Below are positions 41,801 to 52,981 of a stretch of DNA of 64,000 bases, piece by piece (the stretch's first letter is position 1; each line of letters begins with the position of its first letter). This DNA is from Balamuthia mandrillaris (taxonomy: Eukaryota). A program made the position numbers and the translations under genes. Below the pieces are notes generated by a model. The model had not been told where the DNA came from, ran no database searches, and saw only the letters and a program-made list of their open reading frames with translations. The stretch lies in assembly GCA_031835245.2 (NCBI GenBank), contig JAVKOQ020000104.1:62001-126000 (forward strand), in the 5' to 3' direction.

Positions 41801-42792
41801 AGAGGGAGTGGGGCTGCTATTGTTGTAGCCTGATGTGGCAGGATAGGCATCCTCCTCGTTTTCATCGTCATCAAGGATGGTTACCACTTCTGGAGGTTTG
41901 GATTGGCTGGACGAAGGAAAAAGAGAAGAGGAAGATGAAGAAGCAATAAAGTCCGTTGGGCGATGAGTAGAATTGTTATTTACGAGGTTGTTGTTGCTAC
42001 CGTTGGAAGGGTTTTGCCAGTGGTTGTATTTTGTTGTCGTTGTTGCTGATGTAGGAACAACAGTGGAAGCAGCAGAAGAAGAAGAGAAAGAAGACCAAGC
42101 CCCAACGTTTCGGTTGTTATTGTTGCCAGCAAGAGGAAGAGGAAGAGGTTGGGGATTGTTGTGGTTGCTTGCATTGATGCTTGTTTGGGAAGACGGAGGA
42201 GTGGAAGTAAAGTCTAACGTTGGAGCAGGCATCGGGTTGAATGCGGCGCGGGAGTGGGAGGAAGAACGAGTGGTACGAGCGGTTTTAGGCTGGTTGTGAA
42301 AAGAGGACCAGCCGGCGGGAGGGTTGGACCATGGTTGAGACTCTCTGCTGCTGGTGGTGCCGTGTGAGGCCCTCCGTTGTTTTCTTTGTGTTGGAGCGGC
42401 TGGTAAACGGCCTCCTGTTGTGAGTTGCTGATGAAATCCCTTTTTTTTTTTTGAGTGAGTGAGAGAGAGAGAGGAGAGAGAGAGGAAAGAAGGAAGTGAG
42501 AAGAAGGAAGATGAAAGAAAAAAAGCAAAGTTGACAAAATAGAAAGGAGAACACACATGGGGGAAGAAATGGTGGGGAGATGATAGCGAGGATATACCGA
42601 TGGCGACTTTTTTGGTTCGGACGTGGTGGAAGTGGCCGGCGGCGCACCAAACGGAATGGACTTCAAGGCTCTTCCTTCTCTAGCAATGTTCCTTTGAAAG
42701 GAGTTCCTGCTGCATTTTTCAACAGTAAGAAAATAAAAAAACCAACTCGATCGAGCAAACAAAAGAAAAAAAGGTTACTTGAACTGGGCCAT
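38883..42792 (-). CDS. Large hypothetical protein: disordered N-terminus with SIM-like motifs and helical C-terminus
   Basis: Exons join in frame from MAQFK|NSFQRN through the 599-, 319-, 126- and 159-aa ORFs via GT-AG introns. No family recognised with confidence. Confidence 0.75.
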
Positions 42793-43217
42793 CTTTCCGC
42801 CCTTTTTTTTAAAATTTTTTTGGGTGAGAGGGCAGGGAGCCGGGGGAACACAAAGCACACTGCGCGCTTGCGCTCTTCTCTCTTGGGTTTTTCCCCGAGA
42901 GAACAATTCACCACCAGAGCTCTCTTATTTCTTCGTGGTGGTGGTTGCTCTTTGCTGTGCTATTTTTTTTTTTGGTTTCAAATTTTTGATTTCCTGGAAA
43001 TTTTTTCCTATATTGACGACGAGAGGAGCAGAAGAGAGAAGAGAGAAGAGAGAAGAGAGGGAATGCTGCATAGGTTGCCCCCCTTGTGTTCTTCAAAAAA
43101 GAGATGTGGGGAGAGAGGAAGAGAGGAGGGGATGGCACTGGGAGATGCCGAGAACAAAGAAGCGCAAAGAGAGAGAATGATTTACATGAAGATGAACAAC
43201 CTACAAAACAAAACAAA

Positions 43218-43845
43218 TCAGTTTTGTGGGGAAGGGGAGGTCGGTGGTGATGACGGGGAAGTATTCCTCTTTTGATGTTTCCGCTTCTCCTCCACAACAT
43301 TCGCTTTGTCCTCATTGTTGCTGCCTCTTGTAGTTTGCGTCGCGCTCGACGCATCTTCTGCTTCCAACCGTTGTTGCTGCTCCTCAACGTCCTTGTCCAC
43401 TTCTTTGGCGACTTCAGAAACTGTTCCATTGTTGCGCTGATTTGTGAGCAGCGCATCCTGGTGAACAGGAAGAGGAGGAGGACGATGGTGACGATCCTCG
43501 TCCGCACCATTGTCGCTTGGCCGCAGTTCTGGTTTGTTCTGTTGTGGAGGAAGATAACAATCTTGGTTTTCATCGCAAGGAATGAGCTTTTCTTCTGGTG
43601 GTGATGACGATAGCGTGGATGTATCTTCGTCATCTTCTACATCTGGCGAGAAGGTGGGTGCGGAGTCCGGACCGAGTAGGACGCGTCCACTTCCAGGGGT
43701 AGGATATTTGCTGCTGGCACTATCCTGCGGCAACAAACTTGGTATCAGGTCGAACCTAAAGAACAGCCCAAAGAACAGAACAGCCTTTTTGTTTTGGGTA
43801 ATGAGCCAACGAAAGAGAATGAGAAGGAGAATGAGAAGAAGAAGG

Positions 43846-43876
<31 letters not shown>

Positions 43877-45288
43877 CGTACCAATAGACAAGAGGCAGCA
43901 GCACTGGTTGCAACGGCAGTCTTGTTTCCAATTGAAAACCGCCAGTTGGATGATGAAGAGGATTGAGCCCTCAACTTTGCTCTGATTTGTAGCATAGCAC
44001 CACGAAGCTGCCTATTCTCGGCAGAGACTGTGCTAAGCTTGCCATTGAGCTGAACCACCTCCGCCTCCAATTCCTCATTGCGCGCTTTCAGTTGCTGAAC
44101 GGTCTCCTCCAACTCGTTGACGTACGTCTTCTTCTTCTTTCTCGCCTGTTGGGCATACTCCCTGTTCTTGATTAACCGTCTCTGCTTTTTCAGCATTTTG
44201 TCCTCTTCTTTGCTGAGCTTTCTCTGCTGTTTGAGTTTCTGTACATAGTTCTCCATATCTTCGCTGCTGAAGGTCAGCAATTCCTCTCTTGATAATCCAA
44301 CTCCTCCACTGCTGCCGCTGCTGTTGACATCCTCCACCATAATGCTTTGTGCTCCATCTTTTTGTTCTTTCTTAGTTGGTTGTCTCGGTTGAGAAGGAGG
44401 AGAAGAAGGACGTTGTCGTTTTCGATCAGGTTGCGCAGCAGGAGTATCCACACCAAGTATGCGAGGCAAAGAGGCGGCAGCAACACCCGAAGAAGAAGGA
44501 GGCGGAGAAGGAATAGAAGAATAAAGAGAAGCAGCAGAAGAAGAAGACGGAAAGAGAGGATTCGTTAGCTGTAATATAACGCCTGGCACGTTTCGTTGAC
44601 GCGGTTGGTTTTGTGGCGGAAGAAAAGAGGAAGGAGGCGTCGCAGAGGCAGAACTGCTGCTAAACGTCATTGAGGAGGACGTGGAAGGAGAAGGAGAGAA
44701 TGGTGAGTTCGTGGCCAGCAAAGTGGAAGAGGACGACGAGTGGCCAAACGAGTTCGAGTCGTCCACAAGGAAAGGGAAGGCTTGGTCCAACTCGAGCAGC
44801 AAAGCTTCTGGAGAGGCGTCATTCGTTTGCGCGTCTCCTCCTTCACTTCCTCCTCCTCCATGAGCATCAACAAAAGTAAAAACTGACGAAGAAGAGACAG
44901 AAGATGGATCCAAGAAAGTAGGAGGAGAGGGGTCGGGGGTTGGAAAGGGAGAGGACTCCAGCCCGAGGGAAGAAAGAGGGGAGGAAGCGGGACTGCCCTC
45001 GTAGAAGAGATGATGGTAAGGAGAGTTGTTGGTGCTGCTCTCCTCTCCTCCGCCGCTGGCCTCTTCCAGCAGCATGCTCGTATGTTGGGAGGAAGCTGGA
45101 GCGGTGAAGAGAGAGAAGAGCAAGTTGGAGGGATCGTCGCCGCCGCCGCTGGAAGACGAGGCTTCGCCGGAGAACAAGAGGCTATAGAGCTCCTCCTCGT
45201 TGTGGGCGGGGACATGGTGGGCGCCCACCGCGAAATCCGAGGGGATGTGCAGGTTCACGTCATCTCCCTGCAACGCCATCGTTGTCAT
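43218..45288 (-). CDS. Membrane-tethered bZIP transcription factor (ATF6/CREB3-like architecture)
   Basis: LKKQRRLIKNREYAQQARKKKKTYVNELE plus leucine zipper. After an intron at about 43785-43879, TM AAASCLL-AVLFFGLFF and luminal RVLL. Confidence 0.9.
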
Positions 45289-45587
45289 CTCTCCCCTTTC
45301 TTTTTTTTTTTTAATGAATCAACAAAAATCACAACAAAACGGAAGCAAAAAAAAAAGAGGAGGAGGAAGATGAGAGTTTGCACTTGGGTTTGCTACTCTC
45401 TTACTACTCTCTTTCTTTCTTTTTCGTTTCTGTTAAACAAACAAACACAACGCATCCCATAATCAAAAAAGCTAGCTGGCGACGTCGTCCGAAAAGAAAA
45501 AGAAAAAAAAACCTCACGACGTCAGCAAATTGTCGACGTCGCCCGCCTTCCCTTCTCTTTGGGGGAGGGGGGGTGACGTGTGAGCAG

Positions 45588-45623
<36 letters not shown>

Positions 45624-45795
45624 CCTCCGCATTTATCCGCTCTGTCGTTCGTTTGGATGGGAGTTCTTTTCTTTCGTGTTGCTGGGGAGGGAGAATGGGT
45701 GTGGGGAAAGAAAAAAGGGGGTATGATGGTTTGGAGGGGGAAGAGAAAAAAGGGAACAAGGTTACAAAGAAAATATGGTGAAAATGAAAAACGTT

Positions 45796-48057
45796 TTATC
45801 TTCTCTTTCTTCGTCGTTTGCGGGAAGAGTCGCTGTCGCTGCTGCTGCTGTCATCTGAAGAGGAGTCTGAATCCGAGGAGGAGGAAGAAGAGCCAGAGGA
45901 GGAATCTGAGTCAGAGTCTGAGTCTGAGGAAGAATCAGAAGAATCACTGCTATCTGAAGAAGAGTCCGAGTCTGAATCTGAAGATGAATCTGAGTCACTG
46001 CTACTATCCTCCAAAGCAGCAAGTTGCTTCTGTTCCATGATACGTTTGGGCGCTGTTCTCAGATGCTCTCGCAAATCGTCCGTCAACCCTCCCAAACCGA
46101 TCGACGTCCAAAAGTTGATGGCGAAGCGGGTGTTCTTCGGATGGTCCTTTGGGAAGAGACCGGTGAAGCTTTCCACCATGGAGGGATCCTTCAAACGCTC
46201 GTTGAGTTTCGGCAAACCGAGGTACTCTGATATCTCCAGGAACATAATCTTGATGAAGATGCGACTGGAGGAGGTGGTTTCCTCTTCGTTCAAGTGGATG
46301 TACTCGAGAACAGTCCAGGGAATGGCGTCCGAGTGGAGGAGGTGAGCAAAGAACTTGGCCACGTTGCGCAGCTTGTTGGTCTCCAGCTGGTGGATGCTCT
46401 GGTACTGCTTCACAAAGCAGCTGTCAAAGAGGGTCTGATAGATGCGGTTCAGCCGGCAGAAGCGTTGGGCCAAGAGGCCGTAGAAACGGAGGTAGGTCCG
46501 CTCCTGGCTGCAACACTCAATGATCATGCGGCAAAACTCGATCTCCTGGCCGGGCAGCAGCTGCACTTTCATGAGCTTGTGACCACACTCCTCAAAATCG
46601 AGGGAGGACATGATTGTCAGGTAGATGGTACGACGGAGGTTTATGGTGTTGGTGTCAGTCTCGTCAGTGATGGTCAAGGGGCCAGCCTCCAAGGTCTTTT
46701 CCAGTTTGGCCAGGCGTTCTTCGTCCTCTTCATCCTCTTCGTCCTCATCCTCCTCATCCTCGTCTTCATCCTCGTCCTCGTCATCACCGAGAATGTCCCT
46801 CTTGATCTCCACATATCGTTCCTCGTTTTGTAGAAAGTTGGGGTCCACTTGGAAGTAGTCCAGTCCTGACTGCACGTCCAACTCGGGTGAGTCCAGGTCC
46901 AACTCATGCGAGATCTGTTCTCTCTCTTCCACCAGGTCCAGCTCCGGCAATTTGGCAGGATGCTCCTCAAAGCCCCTCTTTCTCACTGCAAAGAGGTTTT
47001 CTATCATGTACTGCACCCGCTTGTCTATCTCTCCCTCGTGTAGGATGCCTCGAAATCGGTCAAACAGAAAGACAAAGCCATCCGGAGAGAGGGCCTGTAG
47101 GGTCTGTCCCACCTCCGTGATGAAGGCCACCGCCAGCTCCACCGAGTCGTCCGTAGGCGTCTCCAACAACAAAGTGGGAATCTGCAGGGCCAACAACTCC
47201 CCCGCCACCTGCTGGTTGACCAGGTGAGCCAAGAACTTGACGGCTGGCAGAAGGGTGGTCTTGTCGTTTCTGCGGTAGGCACGTTTGAACTGGTCAATGA
47301 GGCGAGTGAGGAGGAGCTCTCCCACGACGGGAAGTTTGCTGTTGACGACGGCCACGAGGGCGGCATAGACCGGGGTAAAGCTGGGAGAGGCTGCTTGGGC
47401 TTTCATAAGGCTTCTGGCAAGGAGGCCTCGCCCGCGGATCACGTTCTCGCCGAGCAGCTCCGCAATAATGTTCTTTATGTTGGCCACGTTGACCTTGTTG
47501 ATGAGGCCGTTAAGGCTCTTTTTGAGGGCGTCCCAGCTGAGGCGTTGGTACTCGGGGCTGGACTTGTCTTGTTGGAGGCCGGCTTCTAGCTGGCGAAGCT
47601 TGTAGGGGGGAAGGTACAGCCCTGCAGCGAACTTGCTCAGCTCTTTGCTGTCTCCTTTCTTCTCTCCAGTGTCCTCTTCTCCCTCGCTCCCCTTCTCTCT
47701 GCGGTTGCTTCGGTTGCCGCTTCTCCTGCTTCTTTCTCTGCTTTGGCTGCGACTCCTGCTTCGTCTTCTACGTTCTCTTCTGCTTCTTTCTCTGCTCCTG
47801 CTTCTGCTCCTGCTACGTGAAGAGCGCGAGCGGCTTCTTCTTGTTCTTCTCGCTCGTCCTCTTCTGCTTCGTTCTCTGCTTCTGCTTCTGCTTCTACTTC
47901 GACTTCTGCTTCTCCGACGTATTTTGTGCTCTTTGCGGCTGGACGTTTCTCTTCTTCGTTCGGAGGAGGGCGATTCCTCCTCCTCTCGCCCGTCTAACTT
48001 TCGTTTTCTGCTTTCCGTTCTTTCCTCCGTTGCTACTGCTGCTTCATTCTCCGCCAT
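45796..48057 (-). CDS. CWC22: Pre-mRNA splicing factor CWC22 (intronless)
   Basis: RS-rich N-terminus; YQRLSWDALKKSLNGLINKVN (MIF4G); LRRTIYLTIMSSLDFEECGHKL (MA3); TRFAINFWTSIGLGGLT. Confidence 0.98.
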   Translation of the reverse strand: MAENEAAVATEERTESRKRKLDGREEEESPSSERRRETSSRKEHKIRRRSRSRSRSRSRSRERSRRGRARRTRRSRSRSSRSRSRSRSRERSRRERRRRSRSRSQSRERSRRSGNRSNRREKGSEGEEDTGEKKGDSKELSKFAAGLYLPPYKLRQLEAGLQQDKSSPEYQRLSWDALKKSLNGLINKVNVANIKNIIAELLGENVIRGRGLLARSLMKAQAASPSFTPVYAALVAVVNSKLPVVGELLLTRLIDQFKRAYRRNDKTTLLPAVKFLAHLVNQQVAGELLALQIPTLLLETPTDDSVELAVAFITEVGQTLQALSPDGFVFLFDRFRGILHEGEIDKRVQYMIENLFAVRKRGFEEHPAKLPELDLVEEREQISHELDLDSPELDVQSGLDYFQVDPNFLQNEERYVEIKRDILGDDEDEDEDEDEEDEDEEDEEDEERLAKLEKTLEAGPLTITDETDTNTINLRRTIYLTIMSSLDFEECGHKLMKVQLLPGQEIEFCRMIIECCSQERTYLRFYGLLAQRFCRLNRIYQTLFDSCFVKQYQSIHQLETNKLRNVAKFFAHLLHSDAIPWTVLEYIHLNEEETTSSSRIFIKIMFLEISEYLGLPKLNERLKDPSMVESFTGLFPKDHPKNTRFAINFWTSIGLGGLTDDLREHLRTAPKRIMEQKQLAALEDSSSDSDSSSDSDSDSSSDSSDSSDSSSDSDSDSDSSSGSSSSSSDSDSSSDDSSSSDSDSSRKRRRKRR

Positions 48058-48479
48058 GCTTGTATTTTTTTTGTTTGTTTGTTGTTTGAAGTGAGAGAGA
48101 GAGAGAGAAAAAAAAAAGAAGCAGCAGAGGGAAAGAGAAAGAGTGGGAGCAGCAGAGAGGAGATGACAAGATTAAACAACGCACTCTCTTCTTTTCTTTC
48201 TTTTTTTTTTTTTGTGTGTGTGTGGAACGATTCGGGACGACGTGACAACATGCCTGAGGGGTTGAAATCAGATTTTTCGCAGACTTGTGTTGTGCTGTAC
48301 AAATGGTGCAGGTTTTGCGCAGCTATTGTGCTAGAAAACGAAACCAAAACGAAGAAGAAAGAGTAAGAGATTATCTCTCTTCTCCGATCCTGCAAAGCCT
48401 TTTATTGAGAAGAGAGAGAGGGGAGGGTTGGCTGTTTTTTTCGCTTCTTCTTCTTCTCTTTAAAAAAAACTAGCGAGTC

Positions 48480-49618
48480 ATGAGTGTGTCTGCGGTGTAC
48501 AGGCACGTGGTGGACGATGTGATTGCCAATCTCAAGGAAGAGTTTGAGGCAGAGGGCGTGGAAGAATCAGTTCTTTACGAGTTGCAACAGGTTTCCTTTT
48601 TTCTTTGTTCTTTTCTCTTCTTCTCCCCAAAAAACAAATTACCTGATGCAAAAACCCTCCTCCCTCCCCCAAAAAACAACAGCTATGGGAAACAAAATTG
48701 ATGCAATCTGGAGCCATTCTCCCAACAGCCGCTTTTGGCGTCAACTATGAAACGGGAGGAGACGACGAGGGAGGAGCCACGGAGGACTATGGCACCTACC
48801 CTGCGCCTTCCCATGCATACAACGAACTGGGCTCTAGCATCAGCGAGTATGCCCTTCCTTCCATTGTGAGTTTGACCCCCTCTCTTCTTCTTTCTTCTTC
48901 TCGCTCTGTCTTTGAACTTAACTTTTTTTTTTTGCTTGTTTGGCTGTTTCACAAAAAAAAGCATATTGAAGGACAAGAAGAGGACTCAAAGGCCGACATC
49001 TTAAATTCTGGCAAGCCACAGGAATACATGGTTCACTTGCACCCCTCTTCTCTCGTCTTCTCCCTTGCTTCTCTCTCTCTCTCTCACCCTTTTCTTTCCT
49101 TCATTGAAAACAACATACAGCCACCACCGCAAGGATGGGTAGAGGGTGGCGGCAACAGACGGATCACAATTGCCCCTGACAGAGACACAACAACGTCGGC
49201 TGCATCAACCAGTCGGCGGATACCTCAATATGATGGGAGAGGAGATGAAGACGACGATGAAGATGAGGACGATGAAGACGATGAAGACGATGAGGATGAT
49301 CTTGGGGTACGTTATAGCATTGTCGCCTCGGTGCCATCAGTGCATAAATTCTTATTCTTTGCTCTCTTCCGTTTTGTCTGTTTCTTCTTAAAACAGATAA
49401 AGGATGAGGACGACGATGAAGAAGAAGAGGAAGAACTGGGCTCTGACTTGGATGACACAGACGACGAAGAACCAGAGACTGACAACTTTGTATTGTGCCA
49501 ATTCGAAAAGGTGACGAGGATAAAGAACAAACGAAAGTGCACGCTGAAGGCCGGCGTTATGCATCTCAATGGCAGAGACTATCTCTTTGCCAAAGCCAAC
49601 GGCGAGTTCGACTGGTGA
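48480..49618 (+). CDS. GTF2A1: Transcription factor IIA large (alpha/beta) subunit
   Basis: VYRHVVDDVI..EGVEESVLYELQQLWETKL; IPQYDG; LGSDLDD; VLCQFEKVTRIKNKRKCTLKAGVMHLNGRDYLF..ANGEFDW. Confidence 0.95.
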
Positions 49619-49792
49619 ACACCAAGAAACAACAAATCGCCCATCGCTCTTCCTCTCTCTCTCTCTCTCCCTCTCTCCATGAGTGTAGAAAACAGTGAAT
49701 ACAAAGAACAGCAACACCGTTACGTTATTCGTTTCTTCAAAAATATTATGTTTGTTTGTTTGTTTTTATTTTGTAAAGAAAGGGAATGCAGT

Positions 49793-50009
49793 GGGGTGGA
49801 CCGTTTCAATAACTCTGCGGGGTGTGCCATGCAGAGCCGATCCGCGGTGTGAGGCGGTTCAGCCGGCAAGCCAGCGAACCAAGTATCCCCACACCCCCTG
49901 GTGAAAAATAAGTTTAATCTAAGAGACAGTCAGGACGACTGTCATCTAGAGATTAAGCTAGATAGAACAGATACTACACTTGATCAGAGCCAATAGGCCG
50001 AGAAGATAC
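49793..50009 (-). ncRNA. U2: U2 spliceosomal snRNA
   Basis: Reverse complement ATCTTCTCGGCCTATTGGCTCTGATCAAGTGTAGTATCTGTTCT. Stem IIa TCTAG/CTAGA with loop complementary to downstream AGATTAA; stem IIb GACAGTC/GACTGTC; Sm-like ATTTTT; stem IV CTCTGC/GCAGAG. Ends approximate. Confidence 0.96.
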
Positions 50010-50061
50010 TTTCAGGCTTGTTGGCTTCCTCCTTTTGTAGCAGCGCCTCCAGGACTTTTGG

Positions 50062-50069
50062 TTATGGGT
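50062..50069 (-). promoter_or_regulatory. DUSE-like snRNA upstream element ACCCATAA
   Basis: Matches the Dictyostelium DUSE consensus WCCCAYAA at about -60 from the U2 5' end. Confidence 0.7.
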
Positions 50070-50300
50070 CGGAAAAGAAGGAAAAGTTGTGGAATGCTCC
50101 TCTTGTATTCTCCTTTTTGTGCTTACGACTTTCTCTCTTGTCCTCTCTGTTGCTCTCTTCGCTGTTCTCCTCTGCTCTGCTCTCCTCTTCTTCTCTCAGC
50201 AAAAAAAAAAAAAAAACCCCAAAGAGGCGTAGTCTCAAAAAATAATAAAATAAAGAGGGGACAAAGAAGAAGAAAAGAGGTCCTTTGTTTGCTTTTCTTT

Positions 50301-50989
50301 TTAATCGGAATCCCTAGAACCCTGCGCTGGGGGCTTGGGTCCACCAGCCTCACGTGCCATAATGATCTTTGTAAATAACAAAGCAGTTAGCAATAAAGGC
50401 GAAAGAGAGGGAGAAAGAGAGAAAGAGAGAGAGGCGGGAAAAATGAAAGTACCTGATCCACACGGAGGATAGTGAGAGCAGCGTCAGTGGCGAGTCGGAT
50501 AGCGGAGGCTTTGGCTGACTGCAGATCAATTATACGGGCTGCAGATGTGTCCACAGTTCCACCAGGATTCTATTCAAGGAGAAAATGGTAAAATAAGCTA
50601 TCACAACAAAAAAGAAAGAAAAAATAAAGAAATAAAGAAATAAAAAGACATACCTCAACATCAACACCGTCGTGAACTTTGCCGGCAGAGTGAGCGGCGT
50701 AGAGAGCAGAGATAGTGGCAGTGGAGGAGCGACCAGCGTTCTCAGCAAGGATGCGTGGGACGATCTCCAAGCTTTCGGCATACTTCTTGATGGCGTACTG
50801 GTCCAATCCAGGGGAGGACTCAGCAAAGGCGGTAAGCTGTCTAGCCAGCTCTATTTCAGCGCCACCAGCGCCAGCAACGAACCTCGGGTCCTTTACTATT
50901 CCCTTGAAAACGTTGACACCGTCGTCTGTTCAAAATGAAACAAAAATGAGAATGAGGGAACAAAAAAGGATATCTTGTGTTCAGAAAGA

Positions 50990-51047
<58 letters not shown>

Positions 51048-51313
51048 CAGAGAGAGAAAGAGAGAGAGGACATACCAACGGCACGCTCAATGTCATCCAA
51101 CAGGTTTTGGGTACTGCCGCGGACGATGATGGTGGAAATTGCTGAGTCTTCGGCGTCCTGTCGGAAAACACAAACCTTTGTGCTGCCGATTTCTTCCACA
51201 GAAACCACGTCACAGTAGCCAAGCTCTTCTGGAGTTGGTGCACCCTTTTTTAAGAACAAATGTTTAGCGTGGATAAAGGCGAGGGCGAGACAGAAGGCAA
51301 CCAAGAGAAAGCA

Positions 51314-51350
<37 letters not shown>

Positions 51351-52063
51351 AAAGAAGTTTTGACTTACCATGCGAACCAAAGGAACAGCGCCTACAGCTT
51401 TGCACAAACGACGAAGCTGGAATTTGGATTGCACCTTGATGGCCATAAGATTGTATCGTTCAAGGAAGTGCATCGCCATCTCTCCAATGTTGCCACCAGA
51501 CACAACCACCTTGGCTCCACTCTCCGAAACAGCCTTAATAATCTGTTCATTCAAAGATTCAAAGAGAAAGAGAGTGTAAGAAGAGTTTCTCGAGCGTCAG
51601 AGAAAGAGTTAGTACCTCTTCCATAGCCTTTTCTTCATCTTTGGAATAGTTCAAAAGTTCCTCTGCGGTTTTGAGCACAACGCTTCCCTTGGTTTCGGTC
51701 CTCGAGATGTCAATACCAGCAGCAAAGACAGCTACCTTAGCGCTGGTGACGTGCTTGATGGTGCCTGCTGTGTCACGCACGATCACAAATCCTTTGAGTA
51801 CTTTGCTGTCAACAACGCCACCACCGAGGATTTTGGTAACGCGCACGTTGTCCACATTGAAGTTCTTAGGATTCTTAGGGAGAATAGACACGCAGGATTT
51901 GGCAATGAGGCTGGCCAAGAACTCCTCGTAGCCGTACTGCTTGGCCGCAATGGCGGTTTTGATGCACTCGGCCACCTCGTCTGTGCTCCGTATGTCCTCA
52001 CAAGTGTAGCAGGTAAGGCCTGAGCGAGAGAGAAATTAAACAAGGTTTGACTCCGTCAAATGA

Positions 52064-52119
<56 letters not shown>

Positions 52120-52758
52120 ATACCCTCGAGGATCTCTTGCACTTTGTCGCCCGCTTTTGTGTAGCCAGAAATGATTTCGCTTGGGTGGAGACCGGTCCGG
52201 ATCAGCGCTTCCGCTTGCAACAACAGCTCTCCGCCAAAGGACAACACTAAGTTTGTGCAGTCGCCACACTGAAGCACAATCCCACCAGATAAATAACTCC
52301 CTCAAAAAAAATCCAAAAAACAAAAAAACAAAAAGCACAGTACCTCCTGTTCTTGCATTTGAGAGGCCATCACCAACATTTTGGCAGCGGGGTGGATCAC
52401 GTCCAACTCTTTGATGATGGTAGCAGCGTCGTTTGTCACAAAGAGCTTGTCGTGCTGATTGATGATCATTTTGTTCATGCCTATTTGTTTCACAAAACGG
52501 GGGAAAAAACAAGAGTGAGAGTTAGTAAGCAACACTTGAGCTTTCACTCGCCTTTGTTGTTTTAAAAAAAATAGAAAAGGGCGCATCAAAGGGAGGGAAG
52601 GAGGGATGAAGAAACGTGCCTTGCGGTCCCATCGACGTGCGAACAATCTGCGAGAATTGTTGACAAGCATCAATGTTTTTCACTACGGCCTCCTGCACAC
52701 CCGAAAGGTGTTTTGTGCCCTCCTTCAACAACGACGATACCCCTCCTACGTGCAACAT
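50301..52758 (-). CDS. CCT8: T-complex protein 1 subunit theta
   Basis: RTSMGPQGMNKMIIN..KLFVTNDAATI; KNFNVDNVRV; KVQSKFQLRRLC; LDDIERAVDDGVN; LRVDQIIMA..AGGPKP. Confidence 0.97.
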
Positions 52759-52981
52759 TTCTCCAATCCTCCGCTTTGGTTTTATTGATCTTCGCTCTCG
52801 CTTCGCCCTTCTCTCTGCGTGCCAAAAAAAAAAACAGCAAGTGCGTTTCACCAACTACCCCTCATGTCGACACTTTTCCATCTTACGATCTAATCACTCC
52901 TCAAATCGATTATTAATTTCGTATGTTGATCTCTATCCAATAGAAAATCAAAAACTAAGCAAACAAGAATATTTGGTGGTT

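Noticed and set aside
45818..48094. Several + strand ORFs (ES-, S- and L-rich)
   Set aside because: Antisense shadows of CWC22 low-complexity regions.
50962..50973. Second ATATCCTTTT U12-like donor on - strand
   Set aside because: Lies inside an ordinary GT-AG intron of CCT8 whose removal already restores ERAV-DDGVN.
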